Source of the DNA: Octopus sinensis
Lineage: Eukaryota
Assembly: GCF_006345805.1 (NCBI RefSeq)
Contig: NW_021823860.1
Span: 1-20,481, forward strand
DNA length: 20,481 nucleotides
Reading direction: 5' to 3'
This document shows positions 8,904 through 19,946 of the stretch, one piece after another. The position numbers and the translations under genes are program-made. The notes beneath the pieces were generated by a model. That model did not search any database. It was not told the DNA's origin and worked only from the letters and a program-made list of their open reading frames with translations. Position 1 is the first letter of the stretch; each line of letters opens with the position of its first letter.

Positions 8904-9420
8904 GTAGTCCTCTTGCACCCAAGTACAAATCGATGTCAATTTATCTCACACAAAATCGATAGTGATTTATTATGTGACTTTTGCTAACCAAGTGTATCGA
9001 TTTTATCGATCGATGAGACTTTATTGCTATTAATTTCAAGAGAGTTCCTTACCAAACTATGTCAGCTCAGTGACAAAAGACTAGAATCTGTTGTTTTCGC
9101 CGCCATTGTCGCCGCCGCCGTCGCCATCGGCGTCGTCGTTACAGCCGTTTCCGTTGGCGCTGTCGCCTTTGTTGTCGATGATAATGCTATTGTTGTTGTT
9201 GACGTTGTTGTTCTTTAGCTCGGCTTCTGCTCTAATCCAGTAAGCTTATATATCAGAGTTAGAGTTTCCGTCGCGACAATCTTGTTTTAGGTTTAAACAC
9301 AACGACTTCTGGGCTACATCATTCGACCTTGAACTAGTTTCTCTCTTTACATTATTTAAGGGAGACTTGCCTGTTGTTTCCAGCAGGTTTATCATCCATG
9401 TACGGACTCGCGCTTTAGTT

Positions 9421-9784
9421 TACTCTTTTACTTGTTTCAGTCATTTGCACCACCTTTTCAGTGGAGCAAATCGACCCCAGGACTTATTCGTTGTAAGCCT
9501 AGTATTCATTCTATCGGTCTCTTTTGCCGAACCGCTAAGTTACGGGGACGTAAACACACCAGCATCGGTTGTCAAGCGATGTTGGGGGGACAAACACTGA
9601 CACACAAACATACACACACCATACATATATATATATACATATATACGACGGGCTTCTTTCAGTTTCCGTCTACCAAATCCATTCACCAGGCTTTGGTCGG
9701 CCCGAGGCTATAGTAGAAGACATTTGCCCAAGGTGCCACGCGGTGGGATTGAACCTGGAACCATGTGTTTGTAGAAGCTGTGGC
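9421..9784 (-). mobile_element. Near full-length OR2-like CORE SINE with internal (CA)/(TA) tract
   Basis: rc gives B-box GGTTCAATCCC, CORE GGCACCTTGGGCAAATGTCTTCTAC, microsatellite and tail GACAACCGATGCTGGTGTGTTTACGTCCCCGTAACTTAGCGG. Confidence 0.9.
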
Positions 9785-10042
9785 AAATAAAATAAAAGGG
9801 AAACGTTATTGCAGTAACTATTGTTGTTATTGTTGTTGTCATAGTTGTTGTCATAGTTGTTGTCATAGATGTTGTCTTCTTCTTCTAATCAGGACTCATT
9901 ATCCACAAAGAATAATCTCTAATTCGAGCCTACGCTAAGCTACTATGAGTGCGTGCGGCAACTTGAAGATCCACCCACCACACGCGATAGACTGGCGGTT
10001 GCAAGGGCGCGAAAGCTACGTTGTTATCCTCATTCCGTAAAC

Positions 10043-10230
10043 GGGGGTCGATGTAATCGACTTAATCCGTTTGTCTGTCCTTGTTTGTCCTCTCTGTGTT
10101 TAAGCCCCTTGTGGATAGTAAAGAAACAGGTATTTCGTCTGCTGTTACGTTCTGAGTTCAAATTCCGCCGAGGTCGACTTTGCCTTTCGGAGTTAAAATA
10201 ATAGGTACCAGTTGAACACTGAGGTCGATG
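10043..10230 (+). mobile_element. Headless Meta-like tandem unit
   Basis: GGGGTCGATGTAATCGACTTAATCCG..GTATTTCGTCTG..GAGTTCAAATTCCGCCGAGGTCGAC, same unit as 3245-3611. Confidence 0.8.
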
Positions 10231-10271
<41 letters not shown>

Positions 10272-10282
10272 GTTTGTTTCCC

Positions 10283-10863
10283 CTTATATCGTTTGACAAC
10301 TGGTGGTGGTTCGTTTGTGTACTGTAAAAAAATACTTACTGGAGTTGATTTGTTCGACTAAAAGTCTTTGAAGGTGGTGCCCCAGCTTGGCCGCAGTCCA
10401 ATGACTGAAATTAGTAAAAAGATAAAAGATAGGGAGGGACGTAATGTAACCGAATTATTCAGAAGTTTGTTTCGCAATTATGCGGTCCCGGGTTCGTTCC
10501 TGTTACGTGATGTTATGACGATACGAGTTTTTAAAAACAGCTTTGAGTCGATCCAAGTTTTCTATTTTTTAAAAATGTACTGGCGGAAACTGTGTAGAAT
10601 CGCGTGAGATGATTTCGTTCTTGTAATTAAGAAGATCCGGCCTTGTTATACACTGTATCAAAAATATTTGGCTTGGGAACTGAATTAAATGCTCCAGCAT
10701 GGCCGCAGTCAAATGACTGAAAGAAGTAAAAAAAAAAATGTCTGTGGAATATTCAGCCATTCACACACTCATTCAAAGGTCTGATAGTTCAGTTGATCGA
10801 ACATTCAGTAGAATAATCATCGTCGATAGCAACGGAAACTGAAACTGAAAGAAGCCCGTCGTA

Positions 10864-10938
<75 letters not shown>

Positions 10939-11043
10939 TTGTGTGTCTGTGTTTGTCCCCCACAACATCGCTTGACAACCGATGCTGGTGTGTTTACGTC
11001 CCCGTAACTTAGCGGTTCGGCAAAAGAGAACGATAGAATGAAT
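10283..11043 (+). mobile_element. Cluster of OR2-like SINE fragments (about 10283-10430, 10690-10735, 10832-11043)
   Basis: CAGC(A/T)TGGCCGCAGTC(A/C)AATGACTGAAA twice; GAAACTGAAAGAAGCCCGTCG + (TA)(TG) + tail. Confidence 0.75.
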
Positions 11044-11149
11044 ACATATACTTTCACTTTCACTTTCACTCTAGTTTAAACGCCTGTATACGGTGTTCCT
11101 GTTCTGTTCTCTTATCCTGTCCTGACTCCCTAATGATTCCACTAGAGTC

Positions 11150-11285
11150 CTACTTCATTCTATCGACCCTGGAGGGATGAACGGTAAAGTTCATGGCGAG
11201 ATTTGAACTCAGAAACGCAAGAATACTGTATAAATATTTCGAGGCTTTTCACTCCATGATTTAACGAATCTGCATATTCACCGCT
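11150..11285 (-). mobile_element. Old diverged OK/Meta-like SINE
   Basis: TCGACCCTGGAGGGATGAACGG..TTTGAACTCAG resembles the rc Meta unit. Confidence 0.55.
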
Positions 11286-11591
11286 TATATGTGAGAGAAG
11301 GTGGAAAAGTGGAAAAGAAGGTGGAAAAGTGGAAAAGTTAAAAAAAAAAGGAAATGATGAGAATAAAAAAAAAATGAATATTCAAACTAATTCTTTTTTT
11401 TAACTTTTTTTTTTTTTTTTCAAGAAAATTTCCAGTTCAGATCTAATCTGAAAATCCTTCCTATTTAATCTGAGAATTAATGAAGGATATAATCCGGAGA
11501 TTATATCTCATATTTAATCTGAAACACAAAAGAGCGACAGAAACACGAGCCTTGTCAACGCAGAAAACTGGAGGGAAATGTAACAAAGACA

Positions 11592-11821
<230 letters not shown>

Positions 11822-12148
11822 CTTAAAGACTCCGCCGGTTACGACGACGAGGGTCCCAGCTGATACGATCAACGGAACAGCTTGCTCGTGAAATTAACGT
11901 GCAAATGGCTGAGCATTCCACAGACACGTGTACCCTTAACGTAGTTCTCGGGGATAATCAGCGTGACACAGAGAGTGACAAGGCTGACCCTTTGAAATAC
12001 AAGTACAACTCATTTTTGCCAGCTGAGTGGACTGGAGCGACGTGAAATAAAGTGTCTTGCTCAAGGACACAACGCGTCGCCGGGAATCGAACTCACAACC
12101 TTACGATCATGAGCCGAATGCCCTAACCACTAAGCCACGCGCCCTCAC
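11822..12148 (-). mobile_element. Full-length tRNA-derived CORE SINE with tail type Y
   Basis: rc head GGGCGCGTGGCTTAGTGGTTAGGGC..GAGTTCGATTCCC, CORE-like GTGTCCTTGAGCAAGACACTT, tail shared with 7918-8100. Confidence 0.9.
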
Positions 12149-12215
12149 AATAATAATAATGATAACAACAACAACAACAATGATAACATTTATAATAATA
12201 ATAAGAAGAATAAAA

Positions 12216-12281
<66 letters not shown>

Positions 12282-12284
12282 TAA

Positions 12285-13001
12285 TATCTCAACAGGCCCG
12301 ATAGAGCTGCACAATATATTCACTGGGTAATCTGTAAAAACCTGGAGTTGCCCCATGAGAAAAACTGGTGGGACACACACCACACCCCCAGTGCTTGAAA
12401 ATGACCACATCTCACTCCTCTGGAACTTCACCATTCAAATGACAGGAAGATAGATGCAAATAGGCCAGACATCATATTGAAAGACTTCAACAAAGAACAT
12501 GCCTCCTCATTGATATGACTGTCCCAATCGATATAAACGTATCTGTCAGGACCTACCAAAAACTGATCAATATAAAGATCTTGAAATAGAATCAGCAAAA
12601 TGTGGAAGCTGAAGACTAAAACAATACCTGTTGTCATAGGTGCCCTGGGAAATGATAGCAAAAGGGGCTGATAGCTACCTAACTCAGATACCAGGAAACC
12701 CAAAAATGGCAGAAGTTCAAAAGATAGTGCTCATGGGAACTGCTCATATCACGCAAAATACTCTCTATGTAACCTCAAGGTTTAAAACAACCATAATTTT
12801 CGGTTTAAAAAAAAAATAATAAAAAAATAATAAAAAAAACTTTTTTTTTTTTAGACATTCATTAGTACAACATCCCCACCCCCCAAATATATGGCACACT
12901 AGGCATAACAACAACATGAACTTCCAACCCTGTTGTCTCTTGGGGTTCTGGGGTGAGACTTGGAGCCAACTTGTACAGATATAAAGCAAAAGTCAAACAT
13001 A

Positions 13002-13002
<1 letters not shown>
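12285..13002 (+). mobile_element. 5'-truncated R4/Dong-type non-LTR retrotransposon (RLE domain 12285-12772, then 3' UTR)
   Basis: Frameshift-corrected: YLNRPDRAAQYIHWVICKNLEL..LLWNFTIQ.DRKIDANRPDIILKD..CLLIDMTVPIDINVSV..YKDLEIE..MWKLKTKTIPVVIGALG..VQKIVLMGTAHI.RKILSM*. PD..D..K RLE motif; (AAT)n on both sides. Confidence 0.9.
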
Positions 13003-13071
<69 letters not shown>

Positions 13072-13188
13072 CCTTTCTACTATAGGCGCAGGGTGGCCTG
13101 TAACATGTGGGAATGGGCTTGTTAATTTCATTGACCCCAGTGCATAACTGGTATTTATTTCTTCGACCCTGAGAGGATGAAAGGCAAG
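13072..13188 (-). mobile_element. Diverged Meta-like SINE 3' fragment
   Basis: CCTTTCTACTATAGG tail and ACTGGTATTTATTTCTTCGACCCTGAGAGGATGAAAGGCAA. Confidence 0.6.
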
Positions 13189-13191
13189 CGT

Positions 13192-13224
<33 letters not shown>

Positions 13225-13345
13225 GGAGGAGGAGGAGGAGGAGGAGGACTGAATTGATTTCTTGTATTTGCTGGAGGTGGGGGCGTGTCGAATAAAAGGG
13301 GACATTACAAAGCTGGGTTTCATAAAGTGTTCAGGGTTTACATAG

Positions 13346-13547
13346 AAATCAACTGAGAGAAGACAAAACGAATGCGATCAAAAAAACGTAGGTGGTATAA
13401 AAACGGGGGACGACGCAGACCTCCTGATACAGAATGAACTTCCAAGGGCCAGTAAAGGGAGCCCTTATGATTCCACGTTCAGCCTGACACACGAAAAGAG
13501 CAAAGTACCTTCTGCCACCTTTCATTCTTCCAAAATAATGCATGCAG
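13346..13547 (+). CDS. Weak candidate internal coding exon of an unknown gene
   Basis: 202-bp open frame KSTERRQNECDQKNVGGIKTGDDADLLIQNELPRASKGSPYDSTFSLTHEKSKVPSATFHSSKIMHA ending at a good donor GCAG|GTGAGA. Acceptor TTTACATAG is weak; no homology recognised. Confidence 0.2.
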
Positions 13548-13662
13548 GTGAGAGAATATTGGAATTTTCGTTTTTTTTATTCAACATGTTCCGAGATCTT
13601 TTCAACTTCATAGCTTGCAATCTCCTTTTGTCTGAAGGAAGTCCAGCATCCGTTATGAAGCA

Positions 13663-13682
13663 TCATCATTATCACCACCACC

Positions 13683-13734
<52 letters not shown>

Positions 13735-13773
13735 CCATTATTATTATTATTATTTTATTATTTTTTATTATTA

Positions 13774-13804
<31 letters not shown>

Positions 13805-13807
13805 TTT
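13663..13807. repeat. (CAT)n/(CAC)n/(ATT)n compound microsatellite
   Basis: Direct inspection. Confidence 0.95.
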
Positions 13808-14372
13808 CTGTAGTTTTATTTTTTATAGCGTGCTTTCATTCACTATCGAGCGCAGCTCTGTGTGCCTTGGGTATGTGCTGTGATTTGTTGTGATGCTCTG
13901 ATTGTTATTGTATGAAAGTGTTCTGCGTAGGATGTGTGCAGTGCCTAGTAGTGCAATTTTCTGTATGTTATATGTGTTTGTAAGTCTGGTGTTTTTGTTA
14001 TGTATTTGTCTGAATATTTTTTTATCATGCCTAATGCACCTACTATGATCGGAATTTTTCTGTTTTTAGATTCCACATTCTGGTTACCTCTATTTCCACG
14101 TCTTTGTATTTTGAAAGTTTCTCCATTTCTTTTAGAGACACGTTGTCATCTGCCGGTATTGATACATCAATTAGAAAGCATTTTTTTTTCATGATCTCTG
14201 ACACCTATATCTGGTCTGTTGGCCTTAATTTCTCTATCTGTGTGTATCGGCATATCCCAGAGTATGGTTGCTTTCTCGTTTTCTGTGACCTTTCTCGGTG
14301 TGTGTGCCTATACCATCTTTTTCTGTTGTTATTCCATAATGTTGGCATAGCTTCAATGTATGTAGGTTCCAA

Positions 14373-14373
<1 letters not shown>
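13808..14373 (-). mobile_element. Second 5'-truncated R4/Dong-type retrotransposon, different subfamily
   Basis: rc frameshift-corrected: GTYIH.KLCQHYGITTE..WYRH..VTENEKATILWDMPIHTDREIKANRPDIGVRDHE..CFLIDVSIPADDNVSL..LSKYKDVEIEVTRMWNLKT..IPIIVGALGMIKK..IQKIALLGTAHILRRTLS; stop near 13905; AATAAA in the short 3' UTR; sense-strand (AAT)n on both sides. Confidence 0.9.
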
Positions 14374-14411
<38 letters not shown>

Positions 14412-14495
14412 CATTACTTTTATTATTACAGACTATATTTATTCCACAAGTATAGTATCAGGGTATTAATGTACTGCATCAGGGTATAGTATTAC

Positions 14496-14544
<49 letters not shown>

Positions 14545-14550
14545 TTATTA

Positions 14551-14730
14551 GGTCGGTGAGCTGGCAGATTTGTTAGCACGCCGGGCGGAATACTTTATCG
14601 GCATTTCGTCCGTCTTTACGTTCTGAGTTCAAATTTCGCCGAGGTCCTCTTTGCCTTTCATCTTTTCGAGTACCAGCTGAGTACTGAGGTCGATGTAATT
14701 CGACTCCCATACCAACCTCGAGATTGCTGG
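14551..14730 (+). mobile_element. OK/Meta-like SINE with internal deletion
   Basis: GGTGAGCTGGCAGATTTGTTAGCACGCCGGGCG..GAGTTCAAATTTCGCCGAGG..GCCTTTCATCTTTTCG[deletion]AGTACCAG. Confidence 0.8.
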
Positions 14731-15113
14731 CCTTGTGCCAAAAATATTATTATCATTATTATTATTAGTCATCATCATCATCATCATCATCATTATTTGT
14801 TTGTCATGTACAGTGTTCAATCGATCAATCTGCATGGATGCCAAAATACCGTTATTGTTGAGGATGATGATGATGATGATGATGATAATGATGATGGTGC
14901 TGGTGATGCTGGTGGTGCTGGTGGTGGTGATGTTGTTTATGCTGTCGTTTTAACGAAGTTCCTCTTATAAGCCATTTTGTTTTTTCATTAAAATTACATT
15001 TATGATTTTATTTTATTTTCTACAAAAGTGCTCTGGGACAGTAGACTGTTTACTCTGTTACGTAAAAGTTGAACAGAACGCTTAATGTCGGATATTTGTA
15101 TCACGTAACATAC

Positions 15114-15114
<1 letters not shown>

Positions 15115-15176
<62 letters not shown>

Positions 15177-15256
15177 ACATATACATATATATATATATAT
15201 ATATCACATATTTGTATATATATACTTATATATTTACATACATAATATGTATGTAT

Positions 15257-15294
<38 letters not shown>

Positions 15295-15310
15295 TAAGTA
15301 TATATGTATG

Positions 15311-15347
<37 letters not shown>

Positions 15348-15450
15348 TATGTATATATCTGTATTATATATATATCTATATATATATATATATATAATAT
15401 ATATTATATATGTGTTGTGTGTGGTGTGTATGTTATATGTATGTATGTAT
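15115..15450. repeat. (TA)n-rich microsatellite
   Basis: Direct inspection. Confidence 0.95.
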
Positions 15451-16249
15451 ATTTTTTCTTGCAGACATTCTTAATTTGGTTTGTTTATTAGCAATTCAAT
15501 ATGGCAAGCTCTGCGAGAGGTGATCCTATCTACAAAACATAGTAGCAGCGACTACTCCCACACCAGTTTTGAGATGACAGAAAGCGATTTACAAAATAAA
15601 AAGATCATCAGAAAAATAATCACATTGAAACAAACAGGCGCTCTTACAAACATGGACAGTCGCAAATAGAAACTTGTACGACTTCAACAACAGCATGAAC
15701 AACAACAATAGCTCATTTTTTTTGTTTTTGCAAGCGTTGCAAGCCTAAAGGAAATTTAGACATCAGTCAGATCCAGACAAAGGAAAAAGCGTGGCAGAGG
15801 GATGTAGCAAATGTAAGTGCTTCTTTGCCCGAGGAATTTATGCAGGAAAATGTAAGGAAGACAGTGACACACTTTTGTTTTTCTTAAACAGACGAGTAGG
15901 AAGAAGCACTAACAGATGAGTACACCATTATTATCCAAAGAAAAGAATATGGAAATGTGTAGTTGGTCTTTAAAAGGACTACAAGTCGGAGACAAAGAAA
16001 GTATAGTTGGGATGTCAGAAAGACTGACGAGGAGGTTGAGTTGCTATTTAGCCCCAAGTCGGTCTTGATTGAACTGATGAAAACATTCCAACAGTGACCG
16101 ACACGACTTTATATTTCAGGTAACGAAGTACATTATCCAATGTGTCTTTCCATTTTAGGGTATAATTTCCAAAATACTTTACTGCTGTTTTTAGCAGATG
16201 CAGTGGCCATAGAGGACACCCTCATTGACTCGTGTACAGCGATAGCATG

Positions 16250-16925
16250 ACAAGTGGAGTGGTATAGACGTAAAATGGAGTGGTGTAGAATCGAAGTGCA
16301 ATGGCGCAATGGTGGAATGGCGTGTTGGAGTGCTGGAATATATTTGTATAATGGTGGAGTTTAATGGTATAGTCGTGGATTGTGGTGGTATCGTAGTTGG
16401 GGGGGAGAAGTGGAATGCTTACAGTATGGTCATGGGGGTGGCGATGGCAGTGATGGTGTTGATAGCGGTGAGGGTGGCGATGGCGGCGATCATGGTGGTG
16501 GTAGTGGTTCTAGAAATGGTGGTGATGACGGTTGTTGTGTTGGTGATAGTCTGGATGTCGGCGACTGTAGTAGTAGTAGTAGTGGGTGGTGATGGTGGCA
16601 GCGATGATGGTGGTGGTTGTGGTGGCGGCGGCGGTGGCGACGGCGATGATGGTAGTCACTGCTGTAATGGTGGCGATGGAGGTAGTCACTGCTGTGATGG
16701 TGGTGATGCCGAGGGGTGCTGTTGGTGATGGTGTCGGTGGTGGTGTTGGTGATGGTAGTGGTGTCAGTGTTTGTGGTGGTGGTCGTCGTCGTCGTCGTTC
16801 TCGTCGCCATCGTAATGGTAGTGGTGGTGGTGGCAGTGGCAGTGGTAGTAGTGGTGGTGGTAGCGGCAGTGGTTAACAGCAACGATGGCGGTGCAGTGAT
16901 GGAGCGACCTGGTATAGTGGCATAG
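16250..16925. repeat. GGT/GAT/GGC trinucleotide low-complexity tract
   Basis: Mosaic triplet repeats with a 30-bp tandem duplication at 16651-16710; explains five overlapping ORFs. Confidence 0.85.
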
Positions 16926-17229
16926 CAGGAAAAGGGAAAAAGAAAAACGTAGACGACTACAATATTAAGACGTTTGCAGATGTCTACAGAGATTATTGTT
17001 GTTGCCTGACGGAGGGATTTACGTGGTTAAAGAGATTTTCGATTTTACTGACATTCACCGTAATTATTGGCGGACTTGAGTGAACAATGGAACAAACATG
17101 TTGGTTGATGTGTGCCAGATGGATGGATGGAGATGGTGGGATGGAAGATGATGGAGTGACGGAGGAGGAGGAGGAGAAGAAGAGGAGGTAACGGAGAAGA
17201 TTGAGTGTATTGATGAAAGGGCGGCAATG

Positions 17230-17502
17230 AAAGATATATATATATGTACTATATTATGTATAATATATATATATATATATAATATATATATATATATATA
17301 CATCTATCATAACATATATAATACATATATATATATCTGTATGTATATATATATATATATATATAATTATATATATATAAGGACAAGAGAAGGTAGAGAT
17401 GCTGACAGACAGAGGGAGAGATGGTTGGATAAGATAGATAGATAGATAGATAGATAGACGACAGATAGATAGATAGATAGATAGATTAGATAGATAGATA
17501 GA

Positions 17503-17541
<39 letters not shown>
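17230..17541. repeat. (TA)n followed by (GATA)n
   Basis: Direct inspection. Confidence 0.95.
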
Positions 17542-17548
17542 TCAAGAC

Positions 17549-17778
17549 AATTTATTCCACGTTGCTCCTGTCCACTCAGCTGGCAAAAGTGAGTAGTACC
17601 TGTATTTCAAAGGGCCGGCCTTGTCACACTCTGTGTCAAGCGGAATCTCCCCAAGAACTACGTTAAGGGTACACGTGTCTGCGGAGTTCTCAGCCACTTG
17701 CACGTTAATTTCACGAGCAAGCTGTTCCGTTGATCGCATCAGCTGCGACCCTCGTCGTCGCAACCGACGAAGTGCTCC
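17549..17778 (+). mobile_element. Headless SINE: CORE end plus tail type Y
   Basis: Homologous to 7918-8100 and to the rc of 11825-12050. Confidence 0.85.
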
Positions 17779-17803
17779 TATATAAATATATATATATATA
17801 ATA

Positions 17804-17897
17804 TACGAAGGGCTTCTTTTCTGTTTCCATCTACTAAATCATTTCACGAGGCTTTGGTCTGCCCGAGGCTATTCTAGAAGACACTTGCCCAAGGTGT
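17804..17897 (-). mobile_element. OR2-like SINE fragment
   Basis: GGGCTTCTTTTCTGTTTCCATCTAC..AGAAGACACTTGCCCAAGGTG. Confidence 0.75.
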
Positions 17898-18220
17898 TTT
17901 GTCTTAGATCTGACTTGGAGCGAACCAGAAATAACAGCAACAGCAACAACAAATATAAATAAAGGGACGCACACACGTATGCACACATGCACAGGGAGAT
18001 GCACACACATACACCACCACCCCACCACCACCACACCCACAACCACCACCATCTACCTCGATAAACTGGTACTATCGCTTGCTGTAAACCGCATCTCTCA
18101 TTCCCTCTTTCATTTCACACATAGATCGTATGTATGTATGTATGTATGTATGCATGTATGTATGTATGTATGTATGTATGTATGCATGTATGTATGTATG
18201 TATGTATGTATATATGCATG

Positions 18221-18890
18221 TGAGGAAAGGCTGTGCACTGATGTCAATTCCCACTCACTAAGCAACAGCACCATAATCCGAAAAGAAGAACAAGTCAACA
18301 TCATCGGTACCCACTGAACCGCAGATTTTATGTGGGAGTTATCCCAGTTACCTGAGTTACCCTTCTCCGAGAAGGGATGCCCTAACAAAGCTATGCTTCT
18401 TCACTTCAATGGTTTAACCGCGCGATCGGGTATTCACTCCGATTATTTCTATGTCCCCGCGCATGATACAGCCCTTAAGACATAAGAAGAAAAAATTACA
18501 CATTTATATTGGATGGCCGTTGACCCCCCCTCAAGAGTTCCTCCGCCCTTTGGCGGGTTTTGTTTTTTCATCCCGCAGGTTTCCAATAAACACCCTCCTC
18601 ACCAAGCAAGCTTGGTGGGGTTGCCGGTTTAGTCGCTGACAGCCCGACCATGCAACAGGTTGTACTGGGTTACATGTTGACAGTAGCACTCGAAAGTGAC
18701 CTGACATTAAAAAAATCTTCCTGCACAGGCATTGCACGGTAACAACATTGTTCATGATTGTTGATGGTGCTGTGAGTCTCAACTGAATGGCTGGCTGTAG
18801 CCTTAAAAAGCAAATAAAAGTCACATTCGATCACAACACCAATAACAGTTAAGCTTCGTGCAATGGCTATACTCGATAACGAGGGGGCAG
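18221..18890. mobile_element. Probable non-coding segment of an interspersed repeat (LINE-UTR-like), hairpin-rich
   Basis: Complex-sequence island between two (TATG)n tracts with several stem-loops. Family call is recalled resemblance only. Confidence 0.3.
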
Positions 18891-18896
18891 CCATCA

Positions 18897-19543
18897 TATA
18901 TGCATGTATGTATGCATGTATGTATGTATGTATGTATGTATGTTTGTATGTATGTGTATGTGTATGAGTGTGCGTATATGTACGTATGTGTATGTCTATA
19001 TATGTGTGTATGTGTGTATGTGTATATGTATGTCTATGTATGTGTGTATGTATGTATGTGTGTAGGTATGTATATGTATATGTATGTATGTGTATGTGTG
19101 TATGTGTATATATATATATCATGTTATGTGTGCGTATATATGTATGTGAGTATGTATGTGTGTATATATGTGTTTATGTATGTGTAAGTATATATGTATG
19201 TGAGTATGTATGTGTATGTAGGTGTGTATGTATGTGTGTATGTATGTGTTTATGTATGTCTATGTGTTTATGTATGTCTATGTGTATGTACGTGTATATG
19301 CATGTATGTATGTATAATATATATGTATGTATGTGTATATGTATGTGCGTATGTATGTGCGTATGTATGTGTATATGTATGTATGTATCTATACATGTAT
19401 GTATGTGTGTATGTATATATGTATGTACGTATGTGTGCACATGTGTGTATGCATGAATATGCGGTAGTCAAGATACTCTTCCACTTTTTTCTCCATTTCT
19501 CTCTCTATCTGTATCTCTGCCTCTTTCCATCTCTCTCCCTCTA

Positions 19544-19591
<48 letters not shown>

Positions 19592-19630
19592 ACTTCCCAC
19601 TCCTACTTTCACTTTCACTTTCTCACTCCC
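18897..19630. repeat. (TATG)/(TG) degenerate tract followed by (CT)n
   Basis: Direct inspection; explains the long ORFs at 18670-19637. Confidence 0.95.
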
Positions 19631-19912
19631 ACGCTAGAATTTTCCCGCCAACAAACCACCAGCGTAATGACAGTTTTAATTTAACGAATTCACTCCGGTT
19701 ATCTGTTACTAAAGGTTTATCGTGTGGTCGCCAGGCAACCGTCGCTCGTTCTATCTTTCATCGTCTACACATTTTTCTTTTACTCTTTCCTTCATTCCTT
19801 CTCTTTCTTTCAATATAGCCATCTATATCTATTTATTTCTTTATCTCCAATACGCGTCTATTTGTGTGGGTGTCTTTCAACGTATCCGTCAGCCTGTCTA
19901 TTTATCCGCGCG

Positions 19913-19946
<34 letters not shown>

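Noticed and set aside
9923-9936. 14-bp rc match (AGCGTAGGCTCGAA) to the hammerhead stem II at 4773-4786
   Set aside because: Flanks do not align; probably chance or a tiny fragment.
11486-11507. Hairpin GATATAATC-CGGA-GATTATATC
   Set aside because: A single AT-rich 9-bp stem is expected by chance in this composition.
13465-13490. TTCCACGT loop closed by TGA/TCA, resembling HDV-like ribozyme P3/L3
   Set aside because: No matching P1, P1.1 or P2 could be found.
16309-16925. Gly/Val-rich or Thr/His-rich mucin-like ORFs
   Set aside because: Open frames on both strands arise from GGT/GAT triplet repeats; no splice or homology support.
18543-18568. Rho-independent terminator-like hairpin plus T-run
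   Set aside because: Eukaryotic context; recorded only as part of the structured island.
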